From a virus: a stretch of DNA of 64,000 nucleotides. The stretch lies in the IMG/VR virus record IMGVR_UViG_3300005613_000006, positions 64,001 through 128,000 of that record; one strand, 5' to 3'. The notes beneath the pieces were generated by a model. The model did no database searches. It was not told where the DNA came from and saw nothing but the letters and a program-made list of their open reading frames with translations. Within the stretch, counting starts at the first letter, position 1, and each line of letters begins with the position of its first letter. Below are positions 47,086 through 55,454 of the stretch, piece after piece. Position numbers and translations under genes: made by a program.

Positions 47086-47155
47086 TAGCGATGGAGGAAA
47101 TCGAATCCTCTTGGTGTCCGTATGAAAGACACTGAGTTACCAAACACACATCGCT
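47086..47155 (-). tRNA. tRNA-Met or Ile2 (CAT), compact D-arm
   Basis: AGCGATG/CATCGCT acceptor; TGTCT-TTCATAC-GGACA. Confidence 0.7.
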
Positions 47156-47156
47156 A

Positions 47157-47231
47157 TGGTCGCGCGACAGGTTTCGACGCTGTATCGCCGGTCTAATCAG
47201 GACCAGAGTGTTGCCATTACACCACGCGCGC
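47157..47231 (-). tRNA. degenerate tRNA-like gene, anticodon ambiguous
   Basis: Good D-arm, enlarged anticodon arm (CTGATTA loop), mismatched T-stem, ends ACCA. Confidence 0.5.
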
Positions 47232-47387
47232 TTTTACAACACCGTCTTTAATCAGACGTTGCATATGAACGCTATTGCCTTTTGGGTAATCACAAGCAAT
47301 ACAACGATACCTCATGCCTCCACGTAGGGCTGGATGAAAATATCGGCATTGTGGTGGATGGCCACAAGGTAATAGTTTATCGTTCAT
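47217..47387 (-). CDS. small Cys-rich protein
   Basis: GGAGG RBS before MNDKLLPCGH. Confidence 0.5.
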   Translation of the reverse strand: MNDKLLPCGHPPQCRYFHPALRGGMRYRCIACDYPKGNSVHMQRLIKDGVVKARVV

Positions 47388-47423
47388 AGAGTCCTCCATA
47401 CGGAATCGAACTGTTTATACCTT

Positions 47424-47437
47424 TTTGGTGTATAATA
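47424..47437 (+). promoter_or_regulatory. motif TTTGGTGTATAATA
   Basis: Plus-strand copy; faces HNH 47532 across tRNA-Thr. Confidence 0.7.
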
Positions 47438-47457
47438 AAATACGGCTCGATTCAAAG

Positions 47458-47525
47458 AGCCTCACCGGGGAATCGAACCCCGTTATCTCGGGTACAAACC
47501 GAAACTTAGACCCATCTAGCAAGGC
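47458..47525 (-). tRNA. tRNA-Thr(TGT), short D-arm
   Basis: TTCGG-TTTGTAC-CCGAG; canonical T-arm; 68 nt. Confidence 0.8.
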
Positions 47526-47531
47526 AAAGTT

Positions 47532-48029
47532 ATGTATCAATGTTTACACTGCGGCAAAGACACCAACAATCCTAAGTTTTGTTCAAGGTCATGTTCTGTT
47601 TCTTACAATAACAAAACCACAAAGCGAAAACATTCCCAACAACAATGTCCTAATTGTTCAAAATCAATTGAAAGCAGGGCCACCTATTGTTCTATGCAAT
47701 GTTGTCACGAACATAAGCGCAAATTGCGTTTTCGAGAGATAGAAAAAGTTCAAGCAGTTAATGTGCGAGACCCAAGACGTTGGGCCAAACTTTATCTATT
47801 CCACATTTATGGAGACAGATGCCAAATTTGCGGCATTGAAACTTGGCAAAGCAAACCAATCATTAAAATCTTAGACCATATTGATGGCAATGCTGACAAC
47901 TGGAAGCTGTCTAATCTTCGTTTGGTCTGCTCAAACTGTGACTCGCAACTGCCAACTTATAAGTCCAAAAATAGAGGCAACGGAAGACATCTCAGGCGTC
48001 AACGCTATGCCGAAGGCCAAAGTTACTAA
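47532..48029 (+). CDS. HNH endonuclease, antisense within tRNA array
   Basis: NPKFCSRSC; LDHIDGNADNWKLSNLRLVCSNC. Confidence 0.88.
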   Translation: MYQCLHCGKDTNNPKFCSRSCSVSYNNKTTKRKHSQQQCPNCSKSIESRATYCSMQCCHEHKRKLRFREIEKVQAVNVRDPRRWAKLYLFHIYGDRCQICGIETWQSKPIIKILDHIDGNADNWKLSNLRLVCSNCDSQLPTYKSKNRGNGRHLRRQRYAEGQSY

Positions 48030-48095
48030 AGCAAAACAAATACGGGATGCAAAATCTCCGAGAACGCATTCGCGGAGGGCCGCGTCCGTACCTCT

Positions 48096-48123
48096 ATTAT
48101 ACACCGAAAATCGGTCTCGTCAA
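48096..48123 (-). promoter_or_regulatory. promoter TTGACG-N16-TATAAT (CGGTGTATAAT variant)
   Basis: Heads the 46.2-47.5 kb tRNA group. Confidence 0.65.
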
Positions 48124-48125
48124 CC

Positions 48126-48794
48126 TCACCAGTCACATTTTAACGTGAAAAGATAATTCAACAGGTGAGACTTGGCGAGGTCGCCGGGCTCCATCCGGTT
48201 GTCAGAACGGTTCGGCATGAGGTCGTAGCCGCAGCCCAGGTTAAACGAAGCTGCCACGGCGGTCGAACACACCGGGTACACGTCGTTTATTTCCTTGGGC
48301 CTGTCGTCAATCGCCTCGTCGGTCACATACCACAGTCGAGCCCCCAAAAGGTGGTGCTTTGCTAACCACCACAAGCGGGACCAACCGTAGGGAAGGCCAG
48401 TCATTTTTCTCATGCAGTTGGTGACAGCCTTGGGGTTCAAGTGCATCGGCAGTTTGACTACCGAGTATGAATCCTCCAGGTGTACCAGCTTCAACACGTT
48501 GGTAGACGGCAAAGGACGATAAATGTCAATCTGTTCATCGTACTTCTCAACCTGTCTACTAAGGTTGCTGATGCGGCCTCCGCAACTTCCCTCACGAAAT
48601 TCAATACACTCCAAAATGGGGGGTTCGTCGCTGCCGTTGTGCCACGATGCCATAGCGGCATGGCTGTAACGGCTTCCACTGAATCGTTGGATGAGGCCCG
48701 AAATTATTCCCGTTCCTCGAAAAATCATCACGTCGGCTTCTTGAATTAAGTCGCGACCGATTGTCTTGTATGGAAGCATAACAGGTTCTATCAT
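48126..48794 (-). CDS. permuted papain-like (YiiX/NlpC-P60) amidase
   Basis: YSHAAM...GLPYG...VCSTAVA. Confidence 0.75.
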   Translation of the reverse strand: MIEPVMLPYKTIGRDLIQEADVMIFRGTGIISGLIQRFSGSRYSHAAMASWHNGSDEPPILECIEFREGSCGGRISNLSRQVEKYDEQIDIYRPLPSTNVLKLVHLEDSYSVVKLPMHLNPKAVTNCMRKMTGLPYGWSRLWWLAKHHLLGARLWYVTDEAIDDRPKEINDVYPVCSTAVAASFNLGCGYDLMPNRSDNRMEPGDLAKSHLLNYLFTLKCDW

Positions 48795-48796
48795 AG

Positions 48797-49147
48797 CTAA
48801 GCCTCCCCATGATGTCTGCGGTCAATTCTATCCATAGTGTTACCCATGCGCTCCATCGTTTCAGCCAACTTTTCTTGAGTGTGCGAAATTGATTGCACAG
48901 CCTCCAAGATTTCTTTCTGGGTTGATACCCATGAACGTGGCACATACCAAATGGGTGTACCGTCAGCGTCGTATTTGTTGTGCATTTCGTGCATCTTTAC
49001 ACACAATAGTTCTATGTTCTGGAGCTTAACCTTTTCGGCCATAGTTTCAGGATTGGCTTTCTTCAAGATGAACTCTATGAGCCACTTGATAATTTCTACC
49101 AATCCCAACACGACAGCCACTACGGCCCCGATTTCAAAAATGCCCAT
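48797..49147 (-). CDS. membrane protein (holin-like?)
   Basis: One N-terminal TM helix plus coiled coil. Confidence 0.55.
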   Translation of the reverse strand: MGIFEIGAVVAVVLGLVEIIKWLIEFILKKANPETMAEKVKLQNIELLCVKMHEMHNKYDADGTPIWYVPRSWVSTQKEILEAVQSISHTQEKLAETMERMGNTMDRIDRRHHGEA

Positions 49148-49163
49148 AGTTTCCCTCTTAGTG

Positions 49164-49204
49164 AAAAAGGGGTCGGCCACCGGCTAAACCGATAACGCGA
49201 CCCC
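49164..49204 (-). terminator. intrinsic terminator
   Basis: GGGGTCG...CGACCCC-TTTTT after 49232 stop. Confidence 0.7.
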
Positions 49205-49231
49205 AGATTGTACAATTCGTACCGCGAACGC

Positions 49232-49783
49232 TTAGCCAGTCTTCGCTTCGTACTCAAGAGATTCAGGCAACTTACCTGTCCAGAGTTCTACGAGTTGACC
49301 AGGAACCGCTCTTGTTGGAATGACTGGACCAGCCGCGTTGTCGTCACCAAATTGGTCTTCCGTTTCCTTTGGTACGTCATAGGTTGGTACGCCAGTGGCA
49401 TAGTCCCACGAAAGGATATGCACAGTCCAACGGCTGTTAAGGAAGTGGATGCTTTGACGTTGGCCAAAGTCGCTGCCGCCGCTCTTGAGAACGCGCGTTG
49501 CAACTCCACCCGCGAGGGTCTCAGCCACTCTACGAATCATCCATTCTTCTGGATTCATACGTGCCCAGATGCCAGCAGTGATAACCTTCTGGTTGCCGAG
49601 TACAGCACTCTCAACTGGACGGGGTTGCTCTCTGCGGCCAGCGCCTAGAATCTGAGCGCCGGGGGCGTTGGTAACGGCATTGGCTGGTTGCCCAATAGAT
49701 GGGGTAGTGTTTACGTTGCCGCCACCCAAAACGGTTCCACCATTGTTTCGTGGACCACCGCTTGTAACTGGTTGTGTAGACAT
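49232..49783 (-). CDS. hypothetical protein, possibly virion-associated
   Basis: Gly/Thr/Ala-rich; own promoter motif and terminator. Confidence 0.7.
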   Translation of the reverse strand: MSTQPVTSGGPRNNGGTVLGGGNVNTTPSIGQPANAVTNAPGAQILGAGRREQPRPVESAVLGNQKVITAGIWARMNPEEWMIRRVAETLAGGVATRVLKSGGSDFGQRQSIHFLNSRWTVHILSWDYATGVPTYDVPKETEDQFGDDNAAGPVIPTRAVPGQLVELWTGKLPESLEYEAKTG

Positions 49784-49859
49784 TGCTTTTTCTTTCTTAA
49801 TGGCTACAAAACGAGTTCCTTTATTGTTCCTACCACTTTTATCCTAAGTCCTTCTACAG

Positions 49860-49873
49860 TATTATACACCAAC
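49860..49873 (-). promoter_or_regulatory. motif GTTGGTGTATAATA formed by last codons of sigma gene
   Basis: GTT GGT GTA TAA = V-G-V-stop. Confidence 0.65.
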
Positions 49874-50377
49874 ATCCACTTCTCGTAGCTCTTTCAGGGC
49901 TTTATTTATGATATATTGGATGCCCGGTGCGGTATAGCCGTACATGTCAGCTATTTCCTGCAAAGTGTGGTTGGATATGTAGCGGTCTCGCAGTATTTGG
50001 CGAGGCATTTCATCCAGGTATTCCAGCAGTTCTTCCACCAATATGGCATTCTGAACCGCAGAATCGTCAGCGGGTATGTCGCCACGTAAAGGCCCTGCTT
50101 GAATACGGTCGCCGTACTTAGCTCGCGCGGCGTTGTTGCATTCCCATTTGACAAATTTGAACAGAGAGGTAGTGAATTTTCGTTTGAAGCTGGGATTATG
50201 TGATTGAAGGGCTCGCCATAAGGCGTCTAGCCCGCATTGCTTGAGTTCATCGGAGGATAGGCTTGCCATATAATTGGTACATGCCGCGTGAATAATCTTC
50301 TGGTTATCTATGTTGTCTAGCGCTTCTTGAAACTCCTCATCTGTTATATGTCTCTTTCTACTCTTCCTCTTCTTCAT
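49862..50377 (-). CDS. sigma-70 family RNA polymerase sigma factor
   Basis: Region 2 ALWRAL...KFTTSL; region 4 TLQEIADMYG. Confidence 0.8.
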   Translation of the reverse strand: MKKRKSRKRHITDEEFQEALDNIDNQKIIHAACTNYMASLSSDELKQCGLDALWRALQSHNPSFKRKFTTSLFKFVKWECNNAARAKYGDRIQAGPLRGDIPADDSAVQNAILVEELLEYLDEMPRQILRDRYISNHTLQEIADMYGYTAPGIQYIINKALKELREVDVGV

Positions 50378-51059
50378 AGTCTACCTTTAACATCTTGATA
50401 GTCTCGAACCCCTCATCGCCAAGCACGGCGTCCATGAGGCCCCATTCGACCGCCTCCCGCGCGGTCAAGTACACGTCGTCTTTGTATGCAATCTGCTTCT
50501 CAATCTCAGCCCGTATTTTCTCCTCAGTCCAGTTTTGAAACTTCTTGCCAGCCTTACACTTCTCCACGTATATGTCTATCATACGTGGATTCGCTACGTT
50601 CTTGTAGAAGTCCACCCCACTGAACACAGTCTTGACATTACCACTATCTCCATACTCACCATCGTGCATCATAAAATAGGAAGTGGGCATAATAACCCGG
50701 TACTTCGCCGCTTGGGGAATGATGCTCGACATAGAGCGGGCGTGGGCGTAAGACAAGGTGGACACGTTGGCCAGCTTCGGGTCGGCATTGCTATGCTCGA
50801 TGGCGTCGTAGATGCCCATTGCATAGTCCCAAGAGCCACCACAAGTGATAAGGTGGACTAGGATGGGTTCTTTGCTGATGCTGTTGAGTATTTGTAGGTT
50901 GATAAGAAACTGTCGCGTGGTGTCCCAGTCAATCATCAGCGTTTCTTCGCTAGGCGAAATGAAGATTTCTCTCGTATCCAATATGAAGCCAAAGTTGTGG
51001 GCATCATAAATCATTTCAGAGCGTTGACTTATTGTGCGACGTTTTACAGTAGCGGGCAT
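50358..51059 (-). CDS. ClpP-like protease
   Basis: TCGG, ARSMSS, MMHDG, YLTAREAVEWGLMD. Confidence 0.85.
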   Translation of the reverse strand: MPATVKRRTISQRSEMIYDAHNFGFILDTREIFISPSEETLMIDWDTTRQFLINLQILNSISKEPILVHLITCGGSWDYAMGIYDAIEHSNADPKLANVSTLSYAHARSMSSIIPQAAKYRVIMPTSYFMMHDGEYGDSGNVKTVFSGVDFYKNVANPRMIDIYVEKCKAGKKFQNWTEEKIRAEIEKQIAYKDDVYLTAREAVEWGLMDAVLGDEGFETIKMLKVDYEEEEE

Positions 51060-51622
51060 TATTCATTACCTCTTGGTATCGAATGTTGTTTTAACCTCTC
51101 TATCCATTGTAAAAAATCTTTATATGATTGTTTTCTTTTGGCAAAATTACATTGATGACAACACGGAACACAATTATCAATTTGATAGCCCAACGCATTA
51201 TCTTTTCTATCAATGCCATTAACAATGATATTTCCATTCAATTTACCATTATTAGAACCTTTGGGAAAAATTGTTTGGGGTTGAATACCACAATAATGAC
51301 AACAAGATTGAGTCAGACGCTTAAATTCTGACAGAGATAACTGAAATGATAAATGTCTATTTTGTGCCCCTCGTTGATAAGCATTGTAATACGCATTATA
51401 TGCTGCAACTCCAACATCTTTGAGATTAGCTTCTCTCGCTCTATCTCTTTGTAAACAACCACAGCTTTGAGTATTGTTTCGTGTTAAAGAAGTGCCACGT
51501 ACAATAACTTTATTTCCACAGTCGCATCGACATTTCCACATTGCATTTCTTTTTTGAACACCTATATATTCAATCACAATTAAGCGACCAAAAGTTTGTC
51601 CAAGTAAATTTTTTACAGACAT
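51059..51622 (-). CDS. free-standing HNH-like homing endonuclease
   Basis: GQTFGRL...CRCDCG; NGIDRKDNALGYQIDNCVPCC; AT-rich. Confidence 0.82.
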   Translation of the reverse strand: MSVKNLLGQTFGRLIVIEYIGVQKRNAMWKCRCDCGNKVIVRGTSLTRNNTQSCGCLQRDRAREANLKDVGVAAYNAYYNAYQRGAQNRHLSFQLSLSEFKRLTQSCCHYCGIQPQTIFPKGSNNGKLNGNIIVNGIDRKDNALGYQIDNCVPCCHQCNFAKRKQSYKDFLQWIERLKQHSIPRGNE

Positions 51623-51662
51623 ATTACAACCTCTTGTTTGAATTAGATTGCATCATATATTA

Positions 51663-51676
51663 TATTATACACCAAA
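51663..51676 (-). promoter_or_regulatory. motif TTTGGTGTATAATA
   Basis: Exact copy in hairpin loop upstream of endonuclease. Confidence 0.75.
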
Positions 51677-51695
51677 AGAAGATTTATGATGCACC

Positions 51696-52307
51696 TTATT
51701 CAGAACTCAATACCTGACCTCCTACAAGCTGTTGTGCAGCCTCAAATACGCGAAGCTGTTCCATGAATTGGGGGTAGTCTGACTGCTTTTTGGCTGTAAC
51801 GATACTGATATTGCCATTCGGCAGCACATAAATTCCCCAGTAGTCGGCAGTACGAGATAAGTCCTTACATGCTTCCAAGGCCCTGGACACTACGTCAGCA
51901 TCAAAGACGATGAGTTTGTTGACGTAGTGCTTTTGGTCGGAGTCAATAAGGATTTCTTCTATGTGCTTGCGCACTGTCGCAACATCAAAAAGTCCTGAGC
52001 GTGGAAATCCTATTCTCATACGATACCGGGTAAACACTTCAAGTGTTTCTACCCCAGGCACCGTATCTATAAGCCGCTCTGTCTCTTCCGTTATGTCAAA
52101 GTTGGTATGTAGTACCCAAAAGTCGAAGCGATTGGATGCCTTGTTGTGTTCGTTTAGCATTAGGAAACCGAAGGGCGTGTGAACCATAGGCCCCCCAGTT
52201 TTGATGTAATCGTCGTCGTTATCGTGGAAGGGTAGCTTGTCGTATTGATTTATCTCTTCGGGGCTTATTGGGTCGTGCCACGGCTCCCATACAAATTGCT
52301 TTCTCAT
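51696..52307 (-). CDS. hypothetical protein
   Basis: ORF tiling. Confidence 0.7.
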   Translation of the reverse strand: MRKQFVWEPWHDPISPEEINQYDKLPFHDNDDDYIKTGGPMVHTPFGFLMLNEHNKASNRFDFWVLHTNFDITEETERLIDTVPGVETLEVFTRYRMRIGFPRSGLFDVATVRKHIEEILIDSDQKHYVNKLIVFDADVVSRALEACKDLSRTADYWGIYVLPNGNISIVTAKKQSDYPQFMEQLRVFEAAQQLVGGQVLSSE

Positions 52308-52681
52308 TGGTCAAAAACCTCACTAGGTTTGATGTATGAGGTACGGGCTTCTTTCATTTGTTGTCTAGTGTGAGCGCAATGTGTCAGCACATGCTGTGTT
52401 AACGCTCTGCGGTCATGTTCCATGCCAAATCGACGCACGGCGTCGGTGACGTGTAAATCTAAGGCACCGGCAGAAACAGCCGCCAACAACCCACCCATTA
52501 CATCAGTGACAACGTGTGGAGATTCATTGACGGGCCAATCCACTTCTACATGAACATCATTTCTCTCATCCACACTGAAAGTAACACTGTATGGATAGCT
52601 TGAGCTAGAATGCAAGTGTTTCTCTAAACACCCTGAAATGCTCTTTTCTAATTCGCTTTTGAGCGAGTCGAAGTTCTTCAT
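52304..52681 (-). CDS. hypothetical protein
   Basis: ORF tiling. Confidence 0.6.
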   Translation of the reverse strand: MKNFDSLKSELEKSISGCLEKHLHSSSSYPYSVTFSVDERNDVHVEVDWPVNESPHVVTDVMGGLLAAVSAGALDLHVTDAVRRFGMEHDRRALTQHVLTHCAHTRQQMKEARTSYIKPSEVFDQ

Positions 52682-53000
52682 AGCTAAACCATTGAATGCC
52701 TTTTCTCAGTCTCACAGTTTGTGGTATGGTGGCCTTGAAGACCAGCACGATTTCACGCCCTTCCGGCAGGGACATATCATAAAATCGCACCGGCCCAATA
52801 GTTATCCAGTTAAGGTCAGCCATGATATACCGACCGGCCAACTCGACGCAGGCCCCATACGCGGTTGTCTCGTTATCTATGTATCGTTCTGGAAGGCCCA
52901 ATATATTCTCTTCCTCGATGAATGCAAACCGCATTTTTTCCTGGTCGAGGGGGTCCACCGACATAATCATCAGATTAACGGCTACTTGAAATGTTTCCAT
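52605..53000 (-). CDS. hypothetical protein
   Basis: ORF tiling. Confidence 0.6.
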   Translation of the reverse strand: METFQVAVNLMIMSVDPLDQEKMRFAFIEEENILGLPERYIDNETTAYGACVELAGRYIMADLNWITIGPVRFYDMSLPEGREIVLVFKATIPQTVRLRKGIQWFSYEELRLAQKRIRKEHFRVFRETLAF

Positions 53001-53479
53001 ACCAATTCCCTAAGTTTCTTGGGGGATATGTCATCAATACGCACGAATGCTCTTGGTAGTATTACGTCACGTTGGAATAGTAGGATAGTGGCATTGCCGT
53101 CGCCGCCCTTCTCTATCGTGCGAAGAGGAGGGGTCTCATCTACAAACCTGCGGAGTTCTTCCACAGGTGTGAGCCAGACCGAATCCTGTAGTACATGACA
53201 CCAAAAATCAGCCCGAGTGATGCTAAGACCACTTGGCCGATTGCTTTTGGGGTTCCATGTTTCTATTGCAATGTTACCCGAACGGGTTGCGTACAAGTCA
53301 TATTTGACTTCCGTAGTGAATACCAGTGGCGCGGTGACGGTTTCAATATCATAGTATCGTCGCACGTCTTTGTCTTTGGGGTCAACCTTGTCGCAACCCC
53401 AACCACACGCTTTGTACAATTCAACTACTCTATCTTCCCCATTATCTCCGTTCGCTCTGTCACGTACAAATTTGCTCAT
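52982..53479 (-). CDS. PD-(D/E)XK nuclease-like protein
   Basis: YDI...TEVKYD...GNIAIE. Confidence 0.65.
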   Translation of the reverse strand: MSKFVRDRANGDNGEDRVVELYKACGWGCDKVDPKDKDVRRYYDIETVTAPLVFTTEVKYDLYATRSGNIAIETWNPKSNRPSGLSITRADFWCHVLQDSVWLTPVEELRRFVDETPPLRTIEKGGDGNATILLFQRDVILPRAFVRIDDISPKKLRELVWKHFK

Positions 53480-54083
53480 TGACTGCAACCCGTATTTTTT
53501 CGAGTCCATTTTTGATGCAATGATGCACAGCTTGACGGCTGATACCCAGTTGGGCAGCAATGTCCGTTTGAGACACGCCTTCAAGGTAATGCCACTCCAA
53601 ACACTGGCGCTGATGGTCTGTCAATGTGCTGACATCCAAGCACTCACGGGCTTGTTCCATCACTTCACGCATACGCTCTTGTTCTTTGTGTCGAGCGTCT
53701 TCCGTGACTTCGTACAACTGCATTCGTCCGTCACCACGGTTTTGTAGGTTCAATGATATTGGTGGGTCTTTCGACTGCTGCTTGTTCCACGTAGCTATCC
53801 AACGGTGAATAGCCCATGAAGCACACTGCTTCAAGTATCCACGATGGTTGCCTCGCCCGTCCCAACGAGTCGTGCCCTCCATGAGACAGTGCATAACGTG
53901 AGCGATAGCGTCTTCGTCACGCAGCATGATGCGAGCAACAGGACCAGCGACCAACGTACCAATACATTGCTTAGCAATGCTTTCGTACTCTTCCAAACTC
54001 AGCATCTTTGCTTCAAGTTCGGGGCTAGTCTCCAAGTAGTTGTTTTCCCTCTTGTGAACATGAATGTCGTAGAGGTTAACCAT
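53460..54083 (-). CDS. sigma-70 family RNA polymerase sigma factor
   Basis: PISLN; LTDHQRQCL...SQTDIAAQLGISRQAV. Confidence 0.8.
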   Translation of the reverse strand: MVNLYDIHVHKRENNYLETSPELEAKMLSLEEYESIAKQCIGTLVAGPVARIMLRDEDAIAHVMHCLMEGTTRWDGRGNHRGYLKQCASWAIHRWIATWNKQQSKDPPISLNLQNRGDGRMQLYEVTEDARHKEQERMREVMEQARECLDVSTLTDHQRQCLEWHYLEGVSQTDIAAQLGISRQAVHHCIKNGLEKIRVAVNEQICT

Positions 54084-54189
54084 AGCAATCTCCCAATCAA
54101 TGTGTCTCCAAAAATAACAAACCACTGATTCGTCCAGGCTGGCTCAGTGGGAAGCCTTTATGGGAGCTATCGCCGCTGGCGTAGCTCAG

Positions 54190-54261
54190 TAGCCCATCAG
54201 GGTTCCGCCCCCCGTCTAACGGTTCCGAAGACCGTTGTGCTGTCTATCACACTCATGGGCC
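54190..54261 (-). tRNA. tRNA-Arg(TCG), atypical T-loop
   Basis: ACGGT-CTTCGGA-ACCGT; T-loop GGCGGAA. Confidence 0.75.
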
Positions 54262-54372
54262 TTAATGCAACAGGTCAATCTTACCCTTGCCTAACACTTG
54301 TTTCAGGCTGGCAGTTTTACCTGGACGATAGAGCGCAGCCGGTTTGTTGTTGTCCAAATGTTCTCCTAAGCG

Positions 54373-54458
54373 TGGGGTGGGAACGGCAGTCTCGCACTGC
54401 TATCTGTGGCGTTTTCGTTTTCTCGAACCGCTCTCGCTACGCGGAACCTCACCCACCC
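54373..54458 (-). ncRNA. tRNA-like structured element
   Basis: GGGTGGG/CCCACCC stem, GCAG-TGCGAGA-CTGC arm, no clear anticodon arm. Confidence 0.35.
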
Positions 54459-54461
54459 AAG

Positions 54462-54533
54462 CAGGCCATCGAGGTTACGCTCCCCGTCTAAACGCTTAGA
54501 AGGCGCTTGTGCTGTCTATCACACTCATGGCCC
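54462..54533 (-). tRNA. tRNA-Arg(TCT), atypical T-loop
   Basis: AGCGC-CTTCTAA-GCGTT; T-loop AGCGTAA. Confidence 0.75.
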
Positions 54534-54554
54534 GAATTACTCGAACCTGGGAAA

Positions 54555-54568
54555 AATGGTGTATAATA
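54555..54568 (+). promoter_or_regulatory. motif AATGGTGTATAATA
   Basis: Plus-strand copy upstream of HNH 54607. Confidence 0.72.
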
Positions 54569-54606
54569 TACTGAGGTTCCATTCTTTCAACAGTAGGAGA
54601 TTACCG

Positions 54607-55056
54607 ATGAAATGCCTAAATTGCCTCAAGGAAACACCAAATCCCAAGTTTTGTTCTCGTAGTTGCGCCGCTACCTACAACAATCGTAAACACCCAAAGC
54701 GCAAACCCGAGCATAAATGTACTATTTGTGGCGAACGCATAACCGCTGGTCGCTCACGATGCTCCCAACATCGTATTGGTCGTGACATGACCCTAGCGGA
54801 AGCAATCTACACCCAACATCATCGCAGCAGTGCCTTTGCGTTGGTACGTTCCAGAGCTAGAAAAGTTGCCCTGCAACTCGGTCGTACTACCTGTCAACAC
54901 TGCGGTTACAATTTACATGTTGAAGTTTGTCATCGTAAACCTATTGCAGACTTTCCAGAGGACACATTATTGAGTGTTGTCAATCATCCTGACAATCTAA
55001 TAGTTCTGTGTCCAAATCACCATTGGGAGTTTGACAACGGTTTATTACAACTGTAG
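54607..55056 (+). CDS. HNH endonuclease, antisense within tRNA array
   Basis: AGGAG RBS; NPKFCSRSC; EVCH...NLIVLCPNHHWEFD. Confidence 0.88.
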   Translation: MKCLNCLKETPNPKFCSRSCAATYNNRKHPKRKPEHKCTICGERITAGRSRCSQHRIGRDMTLAEAIYTQHHRSSAFALVRSRARKVALQLGRTTCQHCGYNLHVEVCHRKPIADFPEDTLLSVVNHPDNLIVLCPNHHWEFDNGLLQL

Positions 55057-55127
55057 TAGCCCTTGGGGGAATCGAACCCAACCCATCCAGGTTTCGTAGA
55101 CCCGGTGCTAAATCCATTAGAAAGGCT
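55057..55127 (-). tRNA. tRNA-Arg(ACG)
   Basis: CGGGT-CTACGAA-ACCTG; short D-arm. Confidence 0.8.
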
Positions 55128-55197
55128 ATAGTAAATCAGAATGTTTTCGTAGAAAATGGCGACTAGGTTCGGAAAGACGGCGTATGTTGCACCAGCA

Positions 55198-55262
55198 TTC
55201 TAGGCGGGGAATTGAACCCCGAACAATTCTTTTATAGAGAACATGTAGTCTTATCCAGGCAT
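55198..55262 (-). pseudogene. degenerate tRNA (intact T-arm, ATA-centred loop)
   Basis: CGGGG-TTCAATT-CCCCG; GTTCT-CTATAAA-AGAAT; poor acceptor stem. Confidence 0.4.
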
Positions 55263-55269
55263 TCGCCAG

Positions 55270-55342
55270 TGGTACATCGAGGAGTCGAACCTACGCACAA
55301 CTGCCTTATCAGGGCGGTTCGCACAACCGGCGCGCATGTACC
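55270..55342 (-). tRNA. tRNA-Ile(GAT)
   Basis: Loop CTGATAA; GGTACAT/ATGTACC acceptor. Confidence 0.8.
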
Positions 55343-55454
55343 ATAGTACGCACAACAGGTTGCACGTACTGTATAATAAATAGTGCCTATCACAAGTTCT
55401 CGGCAAAATCCGCGAGTGACTGGAGGTTTAGTATAGCGACAGTATTTCATGTAC

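Noticed and set aside
47086-47155. Possible UCA (Sec/opal suppressor) tRNA
   Set aside because: TCA is present, but the 5-bp stem/7-nt loop register centres on CAT and there is no long variable arm.
47388-47413. Complete tRNA gene
   Set aside because: Only a T-loop and 3' strand (GTTCGATTCCGTATGGAGGACTCT) remain; at most a remnant that supplies the RBS of the next ORF.
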